DNA of 63,686 nt, filler included, from Kipferlia bialata (GCA_003568945.1; 6 parts of 6 records of this genome joined end to end with filler, not necessarily neighbours in it), one strand, 5' to 3'. Shown: positions 24,896 to 38,764, numbered from the whole stretch's first letter. A program made the numbers and translations. The notes: generated by a model from the sequence alone, not told the origin.

Positions 24896-26732
24896 CTAAG
24901 GGTGTGTGTCTCCAGTGACCTCTGAGGCAGTCTTGTGGCTGTCACAAGACACAGAGTCACACGGACGCTTTGCGGCTGGGCAGAGTTCTCCATCACACCC
25001 TTCCTCTGCCTCTCTCTCTCTCTTGCCCGTACCCAAGGCAAGTTGTTCTACCCCACCCTCTGCGGCGTCTGACTGGGGCACAGTCTCTGTGGCCTCTGTC
25101 ACATCTGAAGCCGGAACAAAGGCTTCTACCTCTTCTGATACAGGCTTCTCCGTCTCGGTCTCCGCCTGCACCTCAGCCTTGTCACTAGCAGTACCACTAG
25201 CAGTATCAGGCAGGACAGAGGGAGACACCATCTCGGGCAAGGGGGACGCCAGGGGGGAGGAGGGAGAGGTCACAACCAGAGCGCCAGGGAGAATAGGGCG
25301 GAGGGAAGTGATGATGCTTAGAGGCTGGACCTCTGACTGGGCTGTGGCTATGTCCTGTGTGGAACCAAGCATTTCTGCGGCCTCTGGGCACCCTGTCCCT
25401 AGACCTATTTCTATCCCTAGGGAGTCAGGGGGAGGGGGGCTGGGGAGCGGCGCATCGTCCTGATCCGCCTCCTCTCCTTCCATCTGCACATCACCCGCTC
25501 CGACAACCTCTGCCTCTGTCTCTGCCTCTGCCTGTGCCTCTGCCTCACCGCTGTCTGCCCTGTGCAGAGAGTCCAGGTGCAACAGGTACTCCTCCAAGTC
25601 AAGCAAGACACTGAGGTTCATGTCACGTGGGCTGTGTGCCGACGGGAGGCGGAGGGGCGCTGGGGTTGTGTCCAGGGGCAGCCTGGTCAGCTCCGACTGC
25701 ATCCGTCTGATGAGGGGGGGCACCATACCGCCCTCGGACAGAATGCTCTTCTCGGCCTGGGATGAGCAAGGGGTGATCATAACATATGGCAGATGAGGTA
25801 TTGAGTACAACTCCATAATAGCTTCCGTACCGCCGCCAGACAGCTGATCAGACCCAGGAAGTCAGCCTTCAGAGCGGGTGTGTCCTGGGGTGAAAGGAAG
25901 TGCATGTCCCGTGACTCCACAGTATATAACAACAGTATATAACAACAGTATATGCCAATATAAACAGTACACAACAATGTACACAACCCCCCTACCTGGA
26001 ACACCCCTCCCAATAGGACGGAGAGGGTCTTGACCGCGCCACTTCGCAAGGGCCCCAGGCCCCGCTCCACATACACCCCAAGGGCCTTGGCCACATAGAT
26101 CAGAGCCACACGGCCCAGGAACTCATCCCCCATGCGACAGGTGGCAGACACCACGTACGATATGAAGGCGCCGCACCTCAGAGCCGTGTCAGGCTGGGAG
26201 ATGACGCCCACCGCTGCAACTGCTCGGACACAGCTCAGGAGCACGTGCTCATACCCCCTGAAGGGAGACCCCCCTGCAGACCCACCGCCCCTGACCAACA
26301 CCCTGGGGAGCACGTTGCACACCAGGCCGGCAGCAGTGAGCACCTGGGACAGGGACCCGTGCGACACCACAGGCACGATGCAGTGCCTCAGGAATGCCCC
26401 TGGGTATGCCAGGAGGGCCTGTCTGTGCTGCACCATGCCGGTTGTGTCCAGGGCGTCATGGGGCACGCAGGGCAGGGGGGGAGGGGGGGAGGACCGGTGG
26501 CCGAAGAGAGGCCTCCGCCTACTGGCCTTGCGCAGGGCCTCCAGATACTCAGACTGTACCTAGGCGTCAGAGGTCCATACATGTATCGGAGCAAGAGAGA
26601 GGTGGGATATACCTTGGTAGGCTGTGGCCCCTCTCCATCTGCCTGTCTCCATACAGTGACATCTGGGGTGGCACACCAGAACATGCCGTAGAGATACCTG
26701 TTCATCCCCTGGGGGGCACAGGCCACCAGCCC
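24896..26732 (-). CDS. THOC2: THO complex subunit 2-like, C-terminal part; 5' end lost in the gap
   Basis: Ordered motif resemblance, recalled from memory: YLYGMFWCATPD (FYATFWSLT..D), AFLRHCIVP (FLQLCIFPR), DTALRCGAFI (EASRYGRFL), LRSGAVKTLSVL (IRNILIVL), followed by an acidic low-complexity tail. Confidence 0.55.
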
Positions 26733-26747
26733 CTGGGGTGAGGGCAT

Positions 26748-26784
<37 letters not shown>

Positions 26785-26939
26785 AAAAGNNNNNNNNNNN
26801 NNNNNNNNNNNNNNNNNNNNNNNNNNNNNNNNNTTAATTAATTAANNNNNNNNNNNNNNNNNNNNNNNNNNNNNNNNNNNNNNNNNNNNTGTCTTTCTCC
26901 CCCCTCCCCCCCCCCCCCCCCTCTCTCTCTGACCCCCAG

Positions 26940-27332
26940 GGTTGGTGACATTGTGGCTGTGAGACAAGATGAGGAGGTGCCAGCAGACCTGGTCCTTCTG
27001 TCAACAACAAATGCAGGTACATGTTATATATATGTGTATATATATCTATCTGTATCTATTTATATATCTATATATATGTGTGTGAGGAGGAGCCAGCTGA
27101 CCTGGTGCTCCTATCAACCACAAATGCGGGTACAATCTAGTTAAGTATATATGTATATATGTATATATAGCATTATATGTTCATACTCTTACTCCAGGTG
27201 GCATTGCCTATGCCCAGACTGCCTATATGTATGTATTTACCCATATATATATATATATATATGTGTGTGTATACATACACTAATTCCAGGTGGCATTGCC
27301 TATGCCCAGACTGCCTCTATGTATGTATATAC

Positions 27333-27369
<37 letters not shown>

Positions 27370-30300
27370 CACTAACCTTCAGGTGGCATTGCCTATGCCC
27401 AGAATGCCTATATGTATGTATATACCCATATATATATATATATGTATATGTATATATATATGTGTACATACACTAACCTTCAGGTGGCATTGCCTATGCC
27501 CAGACTGCCAACCTGGATAAGCTTTCATTTACTGATGTAATAATACAAATTTATTATTTTTGGATTATGTATCTTCACAAATACTAATATACACTAAGTC
27601 CAGGTGGCATTGCCTATGCGCAGACTGCCAACCTGGACGGAGAGACCAACCTCAAGGCAGTGTGTGCGGTGGAGACAACCTCACACTGCACAACGAGGTA
27701 GGGTATATATGTACTGTATTTATATATATATTGATGTATATATATGTGTGTGAATATGAATATACATATAGAGAGAGTATAATCAATATGTGCGCGATGG
27801 CAGCCTCTCACTGCACGAGTCAGTACGAGTACCTGTATACTTTTGTCTGTCCATGTGTTTTATAGGGAGAGAGAGGGGAAGGGAGAGAGTAGGAACAATG
27901 GATATGCTGTGGAGGCAACCTCACACTGCACGACAAAGTAAGAGTACATGTATCATCTGTTTGTTTCCATGTTTACTGCATATGTATATCATTCTCTCTC
28001 CCCCTACACCCTTAACCCCAGGGAGGACATCTCCGGTCTGCGCTGTCTCATTGTGTGCAACGTGCCCAACTCCAACCTGTCAAAGTTCAGTGGCAGGGTC
28101 AGGGTGAATACAAGCACCATACCTGAGGTATGAATTACTATAAATATGTGTGTACAATATACAATATATATCTACCTTTGTATTCTATATACATCCCTTA
28201 CCCCAGCCCCAAGACGATGGGGATGGCACCATTATATACCATATATTCCATATATATATATATATATACTATACAATATCTATATATCTATACACCCGTA
28301 CTCATTCCNNNNNNNNNNNNNNNNNNNNNNNNATCTATATATCTATACACCCGTACTCATTCCAGCCCCAGGACGATGGGGATGGCATGAGCAGCACAGC
28401 GGGGACACACGGTACGTGTGTGGGTATATATGTATACGTATATTTATTAGTATATATATGTAACTATATACATTCATATGTGATGGGGATGGCATGAGCA
28501 GCACAGCTGGAACACACGGTACGTGGATACCAAAGATACCACAATGCAGATATACGTTACATGTTGAGTAAACCATTCGTCTCTATACTGACCTATATGC
28601 ATATATCATAATCCTTACTCACCCCCCAGGCATGTCTATCATGCCCACAGACAGTCTCTCTCTCTCTCTCTCTCCATATGTATATACACTATATGCTAGT
28701 GTGCCTCACCTTAAGGCATGTCGAGCATGGCCCACAGACAGACCATCAATATCTCTCTCTCTTCCTCTATATTCATAAGTGATATATATATATGTATATA
28801 TACACTATATGATTGTATGCCTCACCTTTAGGCATGTCGAGCATGGCCCACAGACAGACCTATACTATGTATATACTATAGTGTGCACTGTATATTATGG
28901 CGTATATACTATCATTGTGTTGCCCCTACCCCCCAGGCATGTCGAGCATGGCCCACAGACAGACAATCAATATCTCTCTCTCTTCCTCAATATTCATAAG
29001 TGATATATATATATATTTATATATATACTTCTGTCTCACCTTAAGGCATGTCGAGCATGGCCCACAGACAGACCTCCTCGGTGTACACAGCTGGCAAGAC
29101 ACCTAAGCTATGTAAGTGGGGTTTCTATCCACATCTTTCTCTCTGTTTGTCTCTGTTTCTATCTCTTTCCCACTGTATATCTCTGCAAGACACCGAAGCT
29201 ATGTAAGTGGGGTATTGTACCTCTGGCTCTATCTCTGTCTATCGCTCTTTCTTTGTAACTTTCTCTTACTCCCAGCCAAGCGTAATACCTTCGATGCCCC
29301 AGAGGGGGGGCACAGGCGCATGCAGGTATATATATGAAGCTACCATTGGCATATTGTATATATCATATGAAGACTACTATTGAAGTGCATGTTTTCTACT
29401 ATTTTACTATCTCTCTCCCCCACTTACTGTCTGTCCATGCAATCTATTTAGTATTTGTAGTCCCCATCTTACACTCTCTCTCACACACACATACCCTGTC
29501 TCCCTCTCACTGTCAGTCCATGGACTTCGGTGCCAGGCCCTTCGGCGGCATGGAGGTGGGTATGAGTATTATATACTATAGCATTTTTAGTGATTCGCAT
29601 GAAGTCGCATGAAGCTGCATATCTCTTATATATATATATCCTTTATAACCCCAGGTATCCGAGGCCACTGACGATGAGCCCGAGAGGGGCAAGGCAGCCA
29701 GGCGCATCGACCTGGTGCTGCACCAGGAGCACAGGTACATTATATACACTTATATCCACACTCTCATGCATTTTTGTATAAACATATTGGTATATACACG
29801 TTAAATTACACTACACATATATATGAGAATATATATACATGCATATATATATACGCCCCTAAGCCCAGGGCCCTGTCCATCTCCAATGTGCTGCTGAGTA
29901 TATATATATATTTAAATATATATATATATATGCATATATATATATATGTCTGTGTATATGGGCTCTAACACCCGGAGCCCTGTCCATCTCTAATGTCCTA
30001 ATTTGTAATGAATAGTGCCTTCTATTATCATTCGTCTCTCTTGATATCAGGGCCCTGTCCATCTCCAATGTCCTGCTGAGGGATATAGTATTGTATATAT
30101 GTACATATATATACAATGTAGATATAGTAAATACACTATATGCATGTGCTAATACCCAGAGCCCTGTCCATCTCCAATGTCCTGCTCACGGATATATATA
30201 TATATATATATATATAAGTGTGTGTGTGTGTGTGTGTGTGTATTGTGCTATTCTTACTATTCGTATATATTTAGTAATGCAATGATATGTCCATCTCCAA

Positions 30301-31462
30301 TATGCTATTGAGGGGTGTCAAGATGTATAATACTATACCTATATATATATATATATATACATATGTGTATCTATATTATTAACCCCAGGGCCCTGTCCAT
30401 CTCCAATGTCCTGCTGAGGGGTGTCAAGATGTCCAACACAGAGGTCTCATACGGATGCGTCGTGTATGCAGGTACATTAGATGTAGTTCATTCATTGTAT
30501 AGTCTTCACATTGATTGCTACTAGATGTATATGGCGCGTCTTACATCCAGGCCACGAGACCAAGCTCTACATGAACAGCAAGCAGCCATCCTCAAAGCAC
30601 GGACAGGTAAACTATCGCGTATCATCACGCCAAGTATTAATTACGCGATGATACTCATCACAGGTTGAGACCCAGCTGAACCGCCTTGTCCTTGGCATCT
30701 TTGTCCTAGTCATAGTGTTTGACCTGCTCTACTCCTTCCTGGCCTATGCGTTTGGGTCTAGCACGGTGCCTGACCTGTGGTACCTGCAGGGAGACATTGC
30801 AGAGTCAACGGGACTCGCATTGTTCATATCCAGGTATATCTGATATTGTGTATGTATATATTCGTCATTATGTTACTGGCCCATACGACTGTATTTCGTT
30901 CTCTTTTATACCTCAGGTTTCTCGGCCACATGGCCGTCCTGGGACTCAAATATAGTATACTATTGTTTGTGTGTAATACATTATTATACAGAGTATCTTA
31001 TCCCTCTAGGTTCCTGGCCCACATGGCCGTGCTGGGCTGGGCCATCCCCATGTCTCTATTTGTGACACTCGAGATGGTGAAGCTGATTCAGGTTGGTGGT
31101 TGCATATTATATACTATGTACTATATATATATACTATATACTCTATATATACATAGTAGAATTTCGAGATGGTGATACAGGTGAATGTCAGTATTAGAAT
31201 TCAGTGTTTACATATATTTCATTGTACATACATATACTCAGTCTGGTAATCTTCCATATCACACGCTAGATGACAAGAAGTGTTATTATTCAGTGCATTA
31301 ATACATCCGTTAATCTAATCTCTAGGGCCGCCTTATGGAGTATGACGAGAACTGCAACGAGCCTGGCAAGGGTGTGCAGGGGAGACTGCAGGTGAAGAAC
31401 AGCAGCATCACAGACGAGCTAGGTATGCGTGGGTCTTGTTTACTACTTTCATATATCTTTCA

Positions 31463-31501
<39 letters not shown>

Positions 31502-34500
31502 TAGCCCCCTAATCCCCAAGGCCACATCCAGATTGTCATGAGTATGCTAATATGAGTATGAGTGTACCAGTATATACTCGGCTCTCTCTCCTATGTTTCT
31601 AATATATAGGCCACATCCAGTTTGTTGTGAGTGTGCTAGTATGTGTAGCAGTATCTATACTTCCCTCTCTCCTATGTTTCTAATATATAGGCCACATCCA
31701 GTTAGTTGTGAGTGACAAGACTGGCACTCTCTCTCTCTCTCTCTCTCTCTCCCTAGTCCCCTAATATACAGGCCACATCCAGTTTGTTGTGAGTGACAAG
31801 ACTGGCACACTGACTGAGAATGACATGGTGTTTGACTCTCTGTACTGTGGGGGGGAGGTCACCAAGTACACCAACCTCGACGATATGTTTGACAGGTAGG
31901 GTGTATCCCTCTCTCTCTCTCTCTGTTTCTCTCTCAATATATATATATATGTGTGTGTGCATGCATGTGTACGAATACCTTTGTACTTCTCCCTCCCTCC
32001 ATTCCTCTCTCTCTCTCTCTATATATATATATAATGATTTGTCACTTACCCCCCAGTGAGACCATGCTCATCTCCCCGGGTGGCATGCCACTGGACGCAC
32101 TCGACACAAGGTATATATATATACTAATATATATACCTGTCAGGGGGAAGTTTAACAACCTCAGATTCTTTCATAATATGTATTGTTGAACACTCTGGTT
32201 GCGTGTATCTCTCATTCACTTCCCCCTGTCTCACCCCAGACGCCTGTCCTCCCATGACCACACCCTGACCACATCACACGAGTATGAGGTACGCCATATA
32301 TATATATACCCATATTTGATAATTACTGTCATTTTTAGATACGTATTTATGTCTGGTCAAATCGGTCCCAATACTCCTTTGACTCATTGTATTCTTCGCG
32401 GTATTCTATAGCTCCCTGTTTCTAACTCTCAGCCCTCGGGATCCCAGGGCCGCCTTGCCTCTATGCTCGAGGACAGCAACAGACTGCCACATATCAAGGA
32501 GATACACACGGCCTCAGGTGCATACTCATATATAGTTACTACATACATATATATACATGGATAGGACATCTGTTTTGTAGATACACAGCATCAGGTACAT
32601 GTACTCCTCATATGACAGTATCCGCCCGTCTCACCCCCAGTCCAGCGCACCGTCCCCCCTATCGCCCCTGCCCCCACGCACCATGCCCACCCCCTGGTCA
32701 CCTCTAGCCATGGGGGTCTAACTGCACCCCCCTCCTCCTCCCTGGAGGGTGGGTGCCCTGTTTCGGCCTCTGTCTCCCCCCTCTCCCTCTCCAGCGACTC
32801 CTCTTCCTGTGGAACCAGCAGTGAGTACCATGTGGATGGACACCAGGAGGACAGCCACCCCCACCCCCACACACCCAGTGCGGTCAGTGAGGCCAGTCTA
32901 ACTGAGAGTGACGAGGATAAGGGTCTAGCCCCAGATGCCCTGTCCATGTGCAGTCTATCCTCAGGCGACGAGGAGTCTGACGAAAATATCAAGCAGGTGG
33001 ATAAGACACCCGACCATGACGACACACACCTCACGGAGACGGAGGAGGAGAGTGTCGAGAGCGTCGATGCCGCTAACCTACACGATAGCACAGGCCCACC
33101 ATCCAGGGTACTCTCCCCTTCCGTGACCTCCAGCCCAGATGGCTCTCCTACTGACCTGGAGGGATCCTTCAAGAACGTGGCCCTGTCGCTAGCTGTACCC
33201 TCTCCTGGTGACATCAGGTTGAAGAGAGAGAGGAGCAGAGAGGGGCCTGCTAGGGTTGCTCTCTTCCCCACCTCCCAGTCGCCCTCCCCAGACTCCATTC
33301 TACAGGCACCCACACCTCTCTCAGTCGCCATGCGCTCACCATCCACACCCAGCGAGAAAGGTATCCGTTTTCCCTTTTATGCTACTATGCTACACGATTT
33401 GTCTCTTTGTCTCTTGCTTACGCGTTAGTGAGAGAGCTCCCTCCCGGTGGTCTTGAGGTCGATGCTGCCACCATGTTCACGTGCATGGCACTGTGCAACG
33501 CGGCAATGGCCAACTCAAACCAGGTTGGGACTACTGTCTCTCTCTCTATACATATGGGTCTAACATTCATGGGTATCTCTCAATCATATATGTATATATA
33601 CATATAAATTCCTATCTTACTAACCATAGGACATACCAGTCACCTTCAACGAGGGATCAACCTCTCTCTCTCTCTCTCTCTCTCTCTACTCTCTATGTAT
33701 AATCAAGGGTATACATAACCCCAGGACATCCCCGCCACCTTCAAGGAGGGCTCCCTCAGTGGTGCCCTCTCTCTGACCTCACCCCTGGAGCTCAAGTACA
33801 CAGCACAGTCACCAGACGAAGTGGCACTGGTTAGGGGTGAGTCAAACATATATTGTATTTATTGTATATGTATACACACATATATGTATGAGTATTAGTA
33901 CACTCCACGGTCGCCAGATGAGGTGGCATTGGTCAGAGGTGAGTTGTATACATATATATGTATATATATATATATTGTAATGAGTATCACTATACCTTAT
34001 GCTGACTCTCAGGTGCCGCTGCCCAGGGCGTTGTGCTGGCTGGTGCCGACATGCACGGAGTGTACATAGTCAAGCAGGGCGTGATTAGAAGGGTCGTCAT
34101 TGAGGCCACAATCCCATTCACCAGGTACCATTGTCATTATTCTTATCCAGTTCTTGGTGGTATTTCTTCCTCACAATGCCTCTTACCCTCCAGTGACAGG
34201 AAGCGTATGACTGTGGTGGTCAGGGAGCTGCCTCCCCCCCAGTCTCTCTCTGTTGCTCTCGAGCCTCTGTTCCCCTCATCCATGTGCCCCAACTACACCC
34301 CCCTAGCCATCATGAAGGTATTGTACACACTCTCTCTCTACCTCTCTCAGTTGTGTTTGTGTTTCTACACGATCCAAGACCTTCTTCCAACAATAGGGAG
34401 CAGACTCCCACGTCCTCCCCCTCTGTGTTGGTGCTGCCGGTGCCTGTGCCCCAGCCAGTGACAAGCGTGTAGGTGACATGTTGGGCGTGTTCTCCAGGCA

Positions 34501-37407
34501 GGGTCTGCGCACCCTAGTCTTTGCCTCTGCCTGTCCCTCCCCTGAGGCACTCAGGAGACTCAAGGCCGAGGAGTACAGAGACATCGATGACAAGAGGTAT
34601 GGTTGTATAGTGAATAGTAGATAGTGTATATAGTGTATACTGTAAATATTGTTTATACTATTCTAAGACGGAGGAGTACAGAGACATCGATGATAAGAGG
34701 TATGATACCTCTTCTATGGCCAGCAAGCCAATCGCGTAGTTTCTTAATTGACTTCCAGGCTTGTCAAGGCTGCCGCTGCCGTTGAGAAGGGCCTCACCTT
34801 CCTGGGTGTCACTGCTGTGGAGGACAAGCTGCAGGAGGGGGTGCCTGATACACTGGATGCACTGAGACAGGCCGGGGTCAGGTACCTTTGCATTCTACGC
34901 GATATGCATACGGGAATAGTTTATACTGGTGTCTTAGCAGTCTGCACGGAGTTAGTATTCTGTACGATGTGTATCTGATCTTCAGGGTATGGGTTCTGAC
35001 CGGTGACAAGCTGGAGACTGCAGTCAACATTGCATACAGTAGCAGTCTGTTCCCTATGGACGCCACACTGCTAAGGTATAGTGTATATATGTATTCATTC
35101 TATGTATACGGATATATAGTATCAACTCCTATGTAATGGTGTGTATTCATTGTGTCTCTGTAACCATGTACTCTCTTGGATATGTGTGTTGTCATACTGA
35201 CCCCTCTAGGCTCGAGATTGAGCATGCCCTTGCTGAGATTAGTGTGTATTGTACATTTACACATTATCTTCCATATATACATATATCAACTGATTCTAGG
35301 CTTGAGGGTGAGCATGTCCGTGCTGAGATGAGCCGGAGGGGCTGGTCTCTCAAGCAGGCCACCCTAGCGGCACTCAACAGACTGGTCAAGAGGCAGGAGA
35401 AGACTAGGGGGCAGGTATTTTATATATAGTTACCATTATACATATGGAGTATATATATGTCTTTATATATAGTTTATGTACTGAACAGACTGGTCAAGAG
35501 GCAGGAGAAGACTAGGAGGCAGGTGTGTATTATATGTATATACAATATACCTGACATTATGTATTTGGAGTCTATGCTATTTTTAGTATATCCCACCCTC
35601 ACCCCCAGGTGTGCCTGGTCATGGATGGCAACGGCCTAGAGTGTGTGCATCTCGCAAAGGTATAAGAACATATGCTCATATGCACACATATACACAAGTG
35701 TAGAGTTGTTCTTTACTATATATTCGTACCCCTTCTTCCTACATTCCCAGGAGGACAGGCGCCTCATTGATAAGCATGTAAATAGACCTTTATATATTTA
35801 TAGAATATAATAGTGTGTTCAGATATTTTAGATATGGTCATCTCACCCTCAGGAGGACAGACTCCTCATTTGTGTATTTATAGTACATATGATATATATA
35901 TATGTACATTGTATTATATATGTAGTGTCTCACCCCCAGGAGGACAGGCGCCTCATTGAGCTCTGCTCTCTCTGCTCCAGCTGTCTGTTCTGCAGGGTGA
36001 CTCCCAAGCAGAAGGCTCAGGTACAAATATATGTATATACATACACATACATATATATACATACACATACATATACATATATATATAGCAATCGTATATT
36101 CTATATCTCAGAGTGACTCCCAAGCAGAAGGCTCAGGTTCGTTGCAGTCGTTAGTGGTGGGATTTGAACCCACGAACACTTATTTTATGTGTCCTCCCAT
36201 TCCACTCTACTCCTAACCCATAGGTCACGTCACAGGTGCAGAAGGTGCTGAAGAAGTCCTGTCTGGCAGTGGGAGACGGGGCCAATGACGTGGCTATGCT
36301 GCTGGAGGTGGGTGGAGATAGTATTACGTAGAGTGTTATACTCTCATACCCATTGATATAAATGTATATATATTTGTGTGTATAAGTATTTACTAGTATG
36401 CCCGCTAACCCCTAGGCCGATGTGGGTGTGGGCATAGCAGGCAACGAGGGCATACATGTATATCTATATACTATATATGTCTATATCTATCTATCTATAT
36501 ATATATATATATAATATCTTCTAACGCTAGGCCGATGTGGGTGTGGGCATCGCAGGCAATGAGGGCATGCAGGCCAGTCGGTGCAGTGACGTGTCAATCT
36601 CACAGTTCAGACACCTCAGGTACACACAACACTCGCAATACTCACAATTACTCTATCCTCACCTTGCCTTACCATACAGGCGCCTTATGTTTGTCCACGG
36701 TCGCTACAACAGCGTCCGTTCCACCACCCTGATCATGTACTCCATCTACAAGAGCATCCTGCTTGTGCTGCCCTCACTGCTCTTCTCATTCGTCAACTTC
36801 TTCAGCACGAGGTGGGCATACATTGTATTTTACATATCTAATATATAAATATATATGTGCATATGTATATATGAGTAGGTCCCGTCCCTGCTCTTCTCAT
36901 TCATCAACTACTTCAGCACGAGGTGGGTCGGTGTATTTGTTGTATATATGTACATATATATTATACTTGCACCACCTTCTATACACTCACCCCCAGCATG
37001 GCTGTGGATGACTATGTCATGTGCTGCAGATGTGCTATTTATCTACTGTAGTGTATACTCTACCATCTTAGTATACTATGTACACTCTATATACACTCAC
37101 ATCCCAGCATGGTTGTGGATGACTATGTCATGTTCTGCTACAACATTGTCCTCACCCTGCTCCCCGTCTTCGTATACTCCCTGTTTGAGAAGGACCTCCC
37201 CTCCCGCGAGATATCCAATGAGAGCGGGGCATACACTGCATTCATCAGAAAGGGTGCTCTCAACGATACACGGTACGACATGTATAGCTCTCTCTCTCTC
37301 TCGCTTTTCCCTGCATCACTATGTATAAGGACTAGATGATTACTTAACTCTCTCTATCTCCCTTATGCCGCCATATTCCAGTGTGTTTGTGTGGCTTATG
37401 GATACCC

Positions 37408-37442
<35 letters not shown>

Positions 37443-38540
37443 CCTCTCCCCCCTCTACCCCCTCATTCCAGTGTGTTTGTGTGGCTGATGGACACCATAG
37501 TACATGGTGGTGTCATCTACTTCTGCGGCATCGCCTTCTATGGAAGGTCATTCGACGCCATGAGTGTGTTCTTCAGCACAACGGTGTTCCTGGTGGCCCT
37601 GTTCAGGTACTTACTCTTACACTATATACTATTGCATCTCACACCTTGCTCCTCCTTGTCACACCAGGCTCTGGCTGTGCGTGCAGTCCTTCAACCTGTA
37701 CTTTGTGCTGACTAATGCACTATCCATCGTGTGCTATGTTGTGCTCCTTGTGGTCCTGGAGGTGTTTGGACTGTCTCCCGGGGCACAGGGGGCTATTATG
37801 CAGGTACAGTATAGTATAATATATACATATATATATATATTATATGGGATTGATTGTATCTGTGTTTGGCCTGTCCCCTGGGGCACAGGGGGCCATCATG
37901 CAGGTGAATCAGTGCATCAGAAAACATGGCGTGTTTGTCCCTACACTATATATCTACCGGTCCCTCACCCCCCAGCTTGGCACTGACTGGCGCTTCTACG
38001 TGTGCGTGTTCCTGACCGTGACACCCTGCATAGCATTCTCAGCGGTGGTCAACCACATCAGGTATAAATATATACATTGATAGTGTATATGGTATAGTAG
38101 TAATAATGCATTCATATATACACACACTATATATACATACATCAGAAAGAGATATATATATACATATATATCTTACTGAGACACCCTGCATAGCATTCTC
38201 AGCGGTGGTCAACCACATTAGGTATTTACACTATTAATTCTCTATTTATAATACTATATATATTCTGAATGTTGTTATCTCTATGTGTCTCTATTATCTC
38301 TCTGACTCCAGGACCCACTTCACCCCCTCCACCGTCAATGTCATGATATATATGAATTGTTTCTCTCTCTCTATATATATACATACATATATATATATAC
38401 ATATATATATATTTATATCTTTATATATACATTTGTTGACATCTGACTCCAGGACCCACTTCACCCCCTCGACTGTCAATGTGATTGCATCCAGGTCACA
38501 GACCAGAGGGTGTGTGTCCAACGATAGATGGCTGGCATAG
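26940..38540 (+). CDS. P4-type ATPase (phospholipid flippase), many exons, 5' end in the gap
   Basis: VGDIV...VPADLVLLS, QTANLDGETNLK, NVLLRG, YAGHETK, IPMSLFVTLE, phosphorylation site SDKTGTLTEN (~31790), SPDEVALV, DRKRMTVV, KGAD, GLRTL, AVEDKLQEGVP, WVLTGDKLETA, CRVTPKQKA, GDGANDVAML, GIAGNEGMQA, RRLMFVHG; TAG at 38540. Confidence 0.97.
27190..27640 (+). repeat. Acceptor-side exon-echo array (GIAYAQTA): 4 copies plus true exon
   Basis: CAGGTGGCATTGCCTATGC at ~27195, 27288, 27380, 27481 and 27601. Confidence 0.95.
28625..29075 (+). repeat. Acceptor-side exon-echo array (GMSSMAHRQT): 4 copies plus true exon
   Basis: AGGCATGTC...CCCACAGACAG at ~28628, 28714, 28830, 28935 and 29044. Confidence 0.93.
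29865..30435 (+). repeat. Acceptor-side exon-echo array (ALSISNVLLRG): 5 copies plus true exon
   Basis: TGTCCATCTC.AAT at ~29874, 29981, 30056, 30165, 30288 and 30394. Confidence 0.93.
31515..31812 (+). repeat. Acceptor-side exon-echo array before the DKTGT exon: 3 copies plus true exon
   Basis: AGGCCACATCCAG at ~31519, 31608, 31689 and 31770; copies lengthen toward the true exon. Confidence 0.93.
36149..36217 (-). pseudogene. tRNA-like fragment (intact T-arm and 3' acceptor strand) antisense within a P4-ATPase intron
   Basis: Minus strand reads CGTGGGTTCAAATCCCACCACTAAC: a perfect 5-bp T-stem with TTCAAAT loop, Leu/Ser-like 3' end. GTTAG at 36217 can pair with CTAAC. D and anticodon arms are not canonical. 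Confidence 0.45.
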
Positions 38541-38730
38541 GGAGAGAGAGAGAGAGATGCATCGTATAGGTTGCCGGAGAGTAGTAGTGACCGTGATATT
38601 AACAGTAGATCGCGACCAACAATAGAACCATTATCATCACAGTCTATTGAACTACTCCAAATCGCATTGTCGTGTGTGAACGGAGAGATCCTTAGGTATC
38701 CCTCTCATTCTCTTAGGTATCTCTCTCATT

Positions 38731-38764
<34 letters not shown>

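Noticed and set aside
30614..30649. 8-bp inverted repeat (ATCGCGTA...TACGCGAT) in a ~56-nt intron as an introner/MITE
   Set aside because: Single instance, not terminal, with no second copy or target-site duplication in the window.
27190..31812. Regularly spaced ~30-nt direct repeats resembling CRISPR arrays
   Set aside because: The repeats are fragments of the adjacent P4-ATPase exons with splice signals; spacers are related microsatellite DNA; the context is eukaryotic with no cas genes.
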